Translations under genes and position numbers: made by a program
The notes under the pieces: generated by a model
The model's database searches: none
The model's input: the letters and a program-made list of their open reading frames with translations, nothing else
Told to the model about the DNA's origin: nothing
Shown: positions 63,753 to 64,000 of the stretch, in pieces
Layout: each line of letters starts with the position of its first letter
Position numbering within the stretch: position 1 is the stretch's first letter
IMG/VR virus record: IMGVR_UViG_3300010376_000033
Span: 8,587 to 72,586 of that record
DNA length: 64,000 nucleotides
Origin: a virus
Direction: 5' to 3' (one strand)

Positions 63753-64000
63753 ATGGCTCTTATTTTGGTGTCGCGGGAGGTCGTACCCATTACCCTAAGC
63801 CTGGCCAAGCGTTTCCGCGATATGGAAGCCTTGAAGAATGAGCGCGCGCTCAAAGCTCCGCGCGCCAAACGCCAGGCGCATCTACTGGAAGACGGTGATT
63901 TTTTCACCGCCCTGTGGGGGGAATGCCTTTACCAAGGAAATACCCTCCGCGGCAATGGCAACCACACGTCAAACCTCATTACTGCCTGCTTCCAGGCACA
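63753..64000 (+). CDS. ParB/DGQHR-like protein, 3'-truncated
   Basis: GGAGG RBS; MALILVSREVVPIT...NERALK...LRGNGNHTS; open to the window end. Confidence 0.5.
   Translation, partial: MALILVSREVVPITLSLAKRFRDMEALKNERALKAPRAKRQAHLLEDGDFFTALWGECLYQGNTLRGNGNHTSNLITACFQA

Overview
The window is most of a tailed-phage or prophage genome. It is GC-rich and every gene I accept lies on the + strand. Order: (1) 1-7.5 kb, a sugar-modification cluster: tandem GT9-like glycosyltransferase, DNA methyltransferase, two SAM methyltransferases, radical SAM enzyme, bifunctional HldE-like heptose kinase/nucleotidyltransferase. (2) 7.5-25.4 kb, regulatory and replication genes: ParB-like, MoxR AAA+ and vWA-metallopeptidase, PEP-CTERM-like moron, VRR-NUC, SNF2 helicase, PAPS-reductase-like, Prim-Pol, an iteron-like origin candidate, UvrD. 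(3) 25.5-30.5 kb, an isolated block of lectin/fibre-like structural genes. (4) 30.6-36.2 kb, a control region and a C-rich, compositionally distinct putative early region. (5) 36.2-61 kb, terminase, protease/scaffold, capsid, a tRNA-Met-like element, a -1 frameshifted tail chaperone, tail genes, a displaced Mu-like portal, an FAD oxidoreductase, a histidine phosphatase and a very long Ser/Pro mucin-like protein. (6) 61-64 kb, another GT9-like transferase and two more ParB-like genes. A Planctomycetota host is suggested (PEP-CTERM-like protein, a protein resembling a Gemmataceae conserved hypothetical) but not proven. I recognised no integrase, DNA polymerase, lysis genes or CRISPR array. The best candidate new system is phage-encoded ADP-heptose supply plus GT9 transferases, possibly heptosylating Ser-rich virion proteins. 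All family calls come from motif reading, without database searches.
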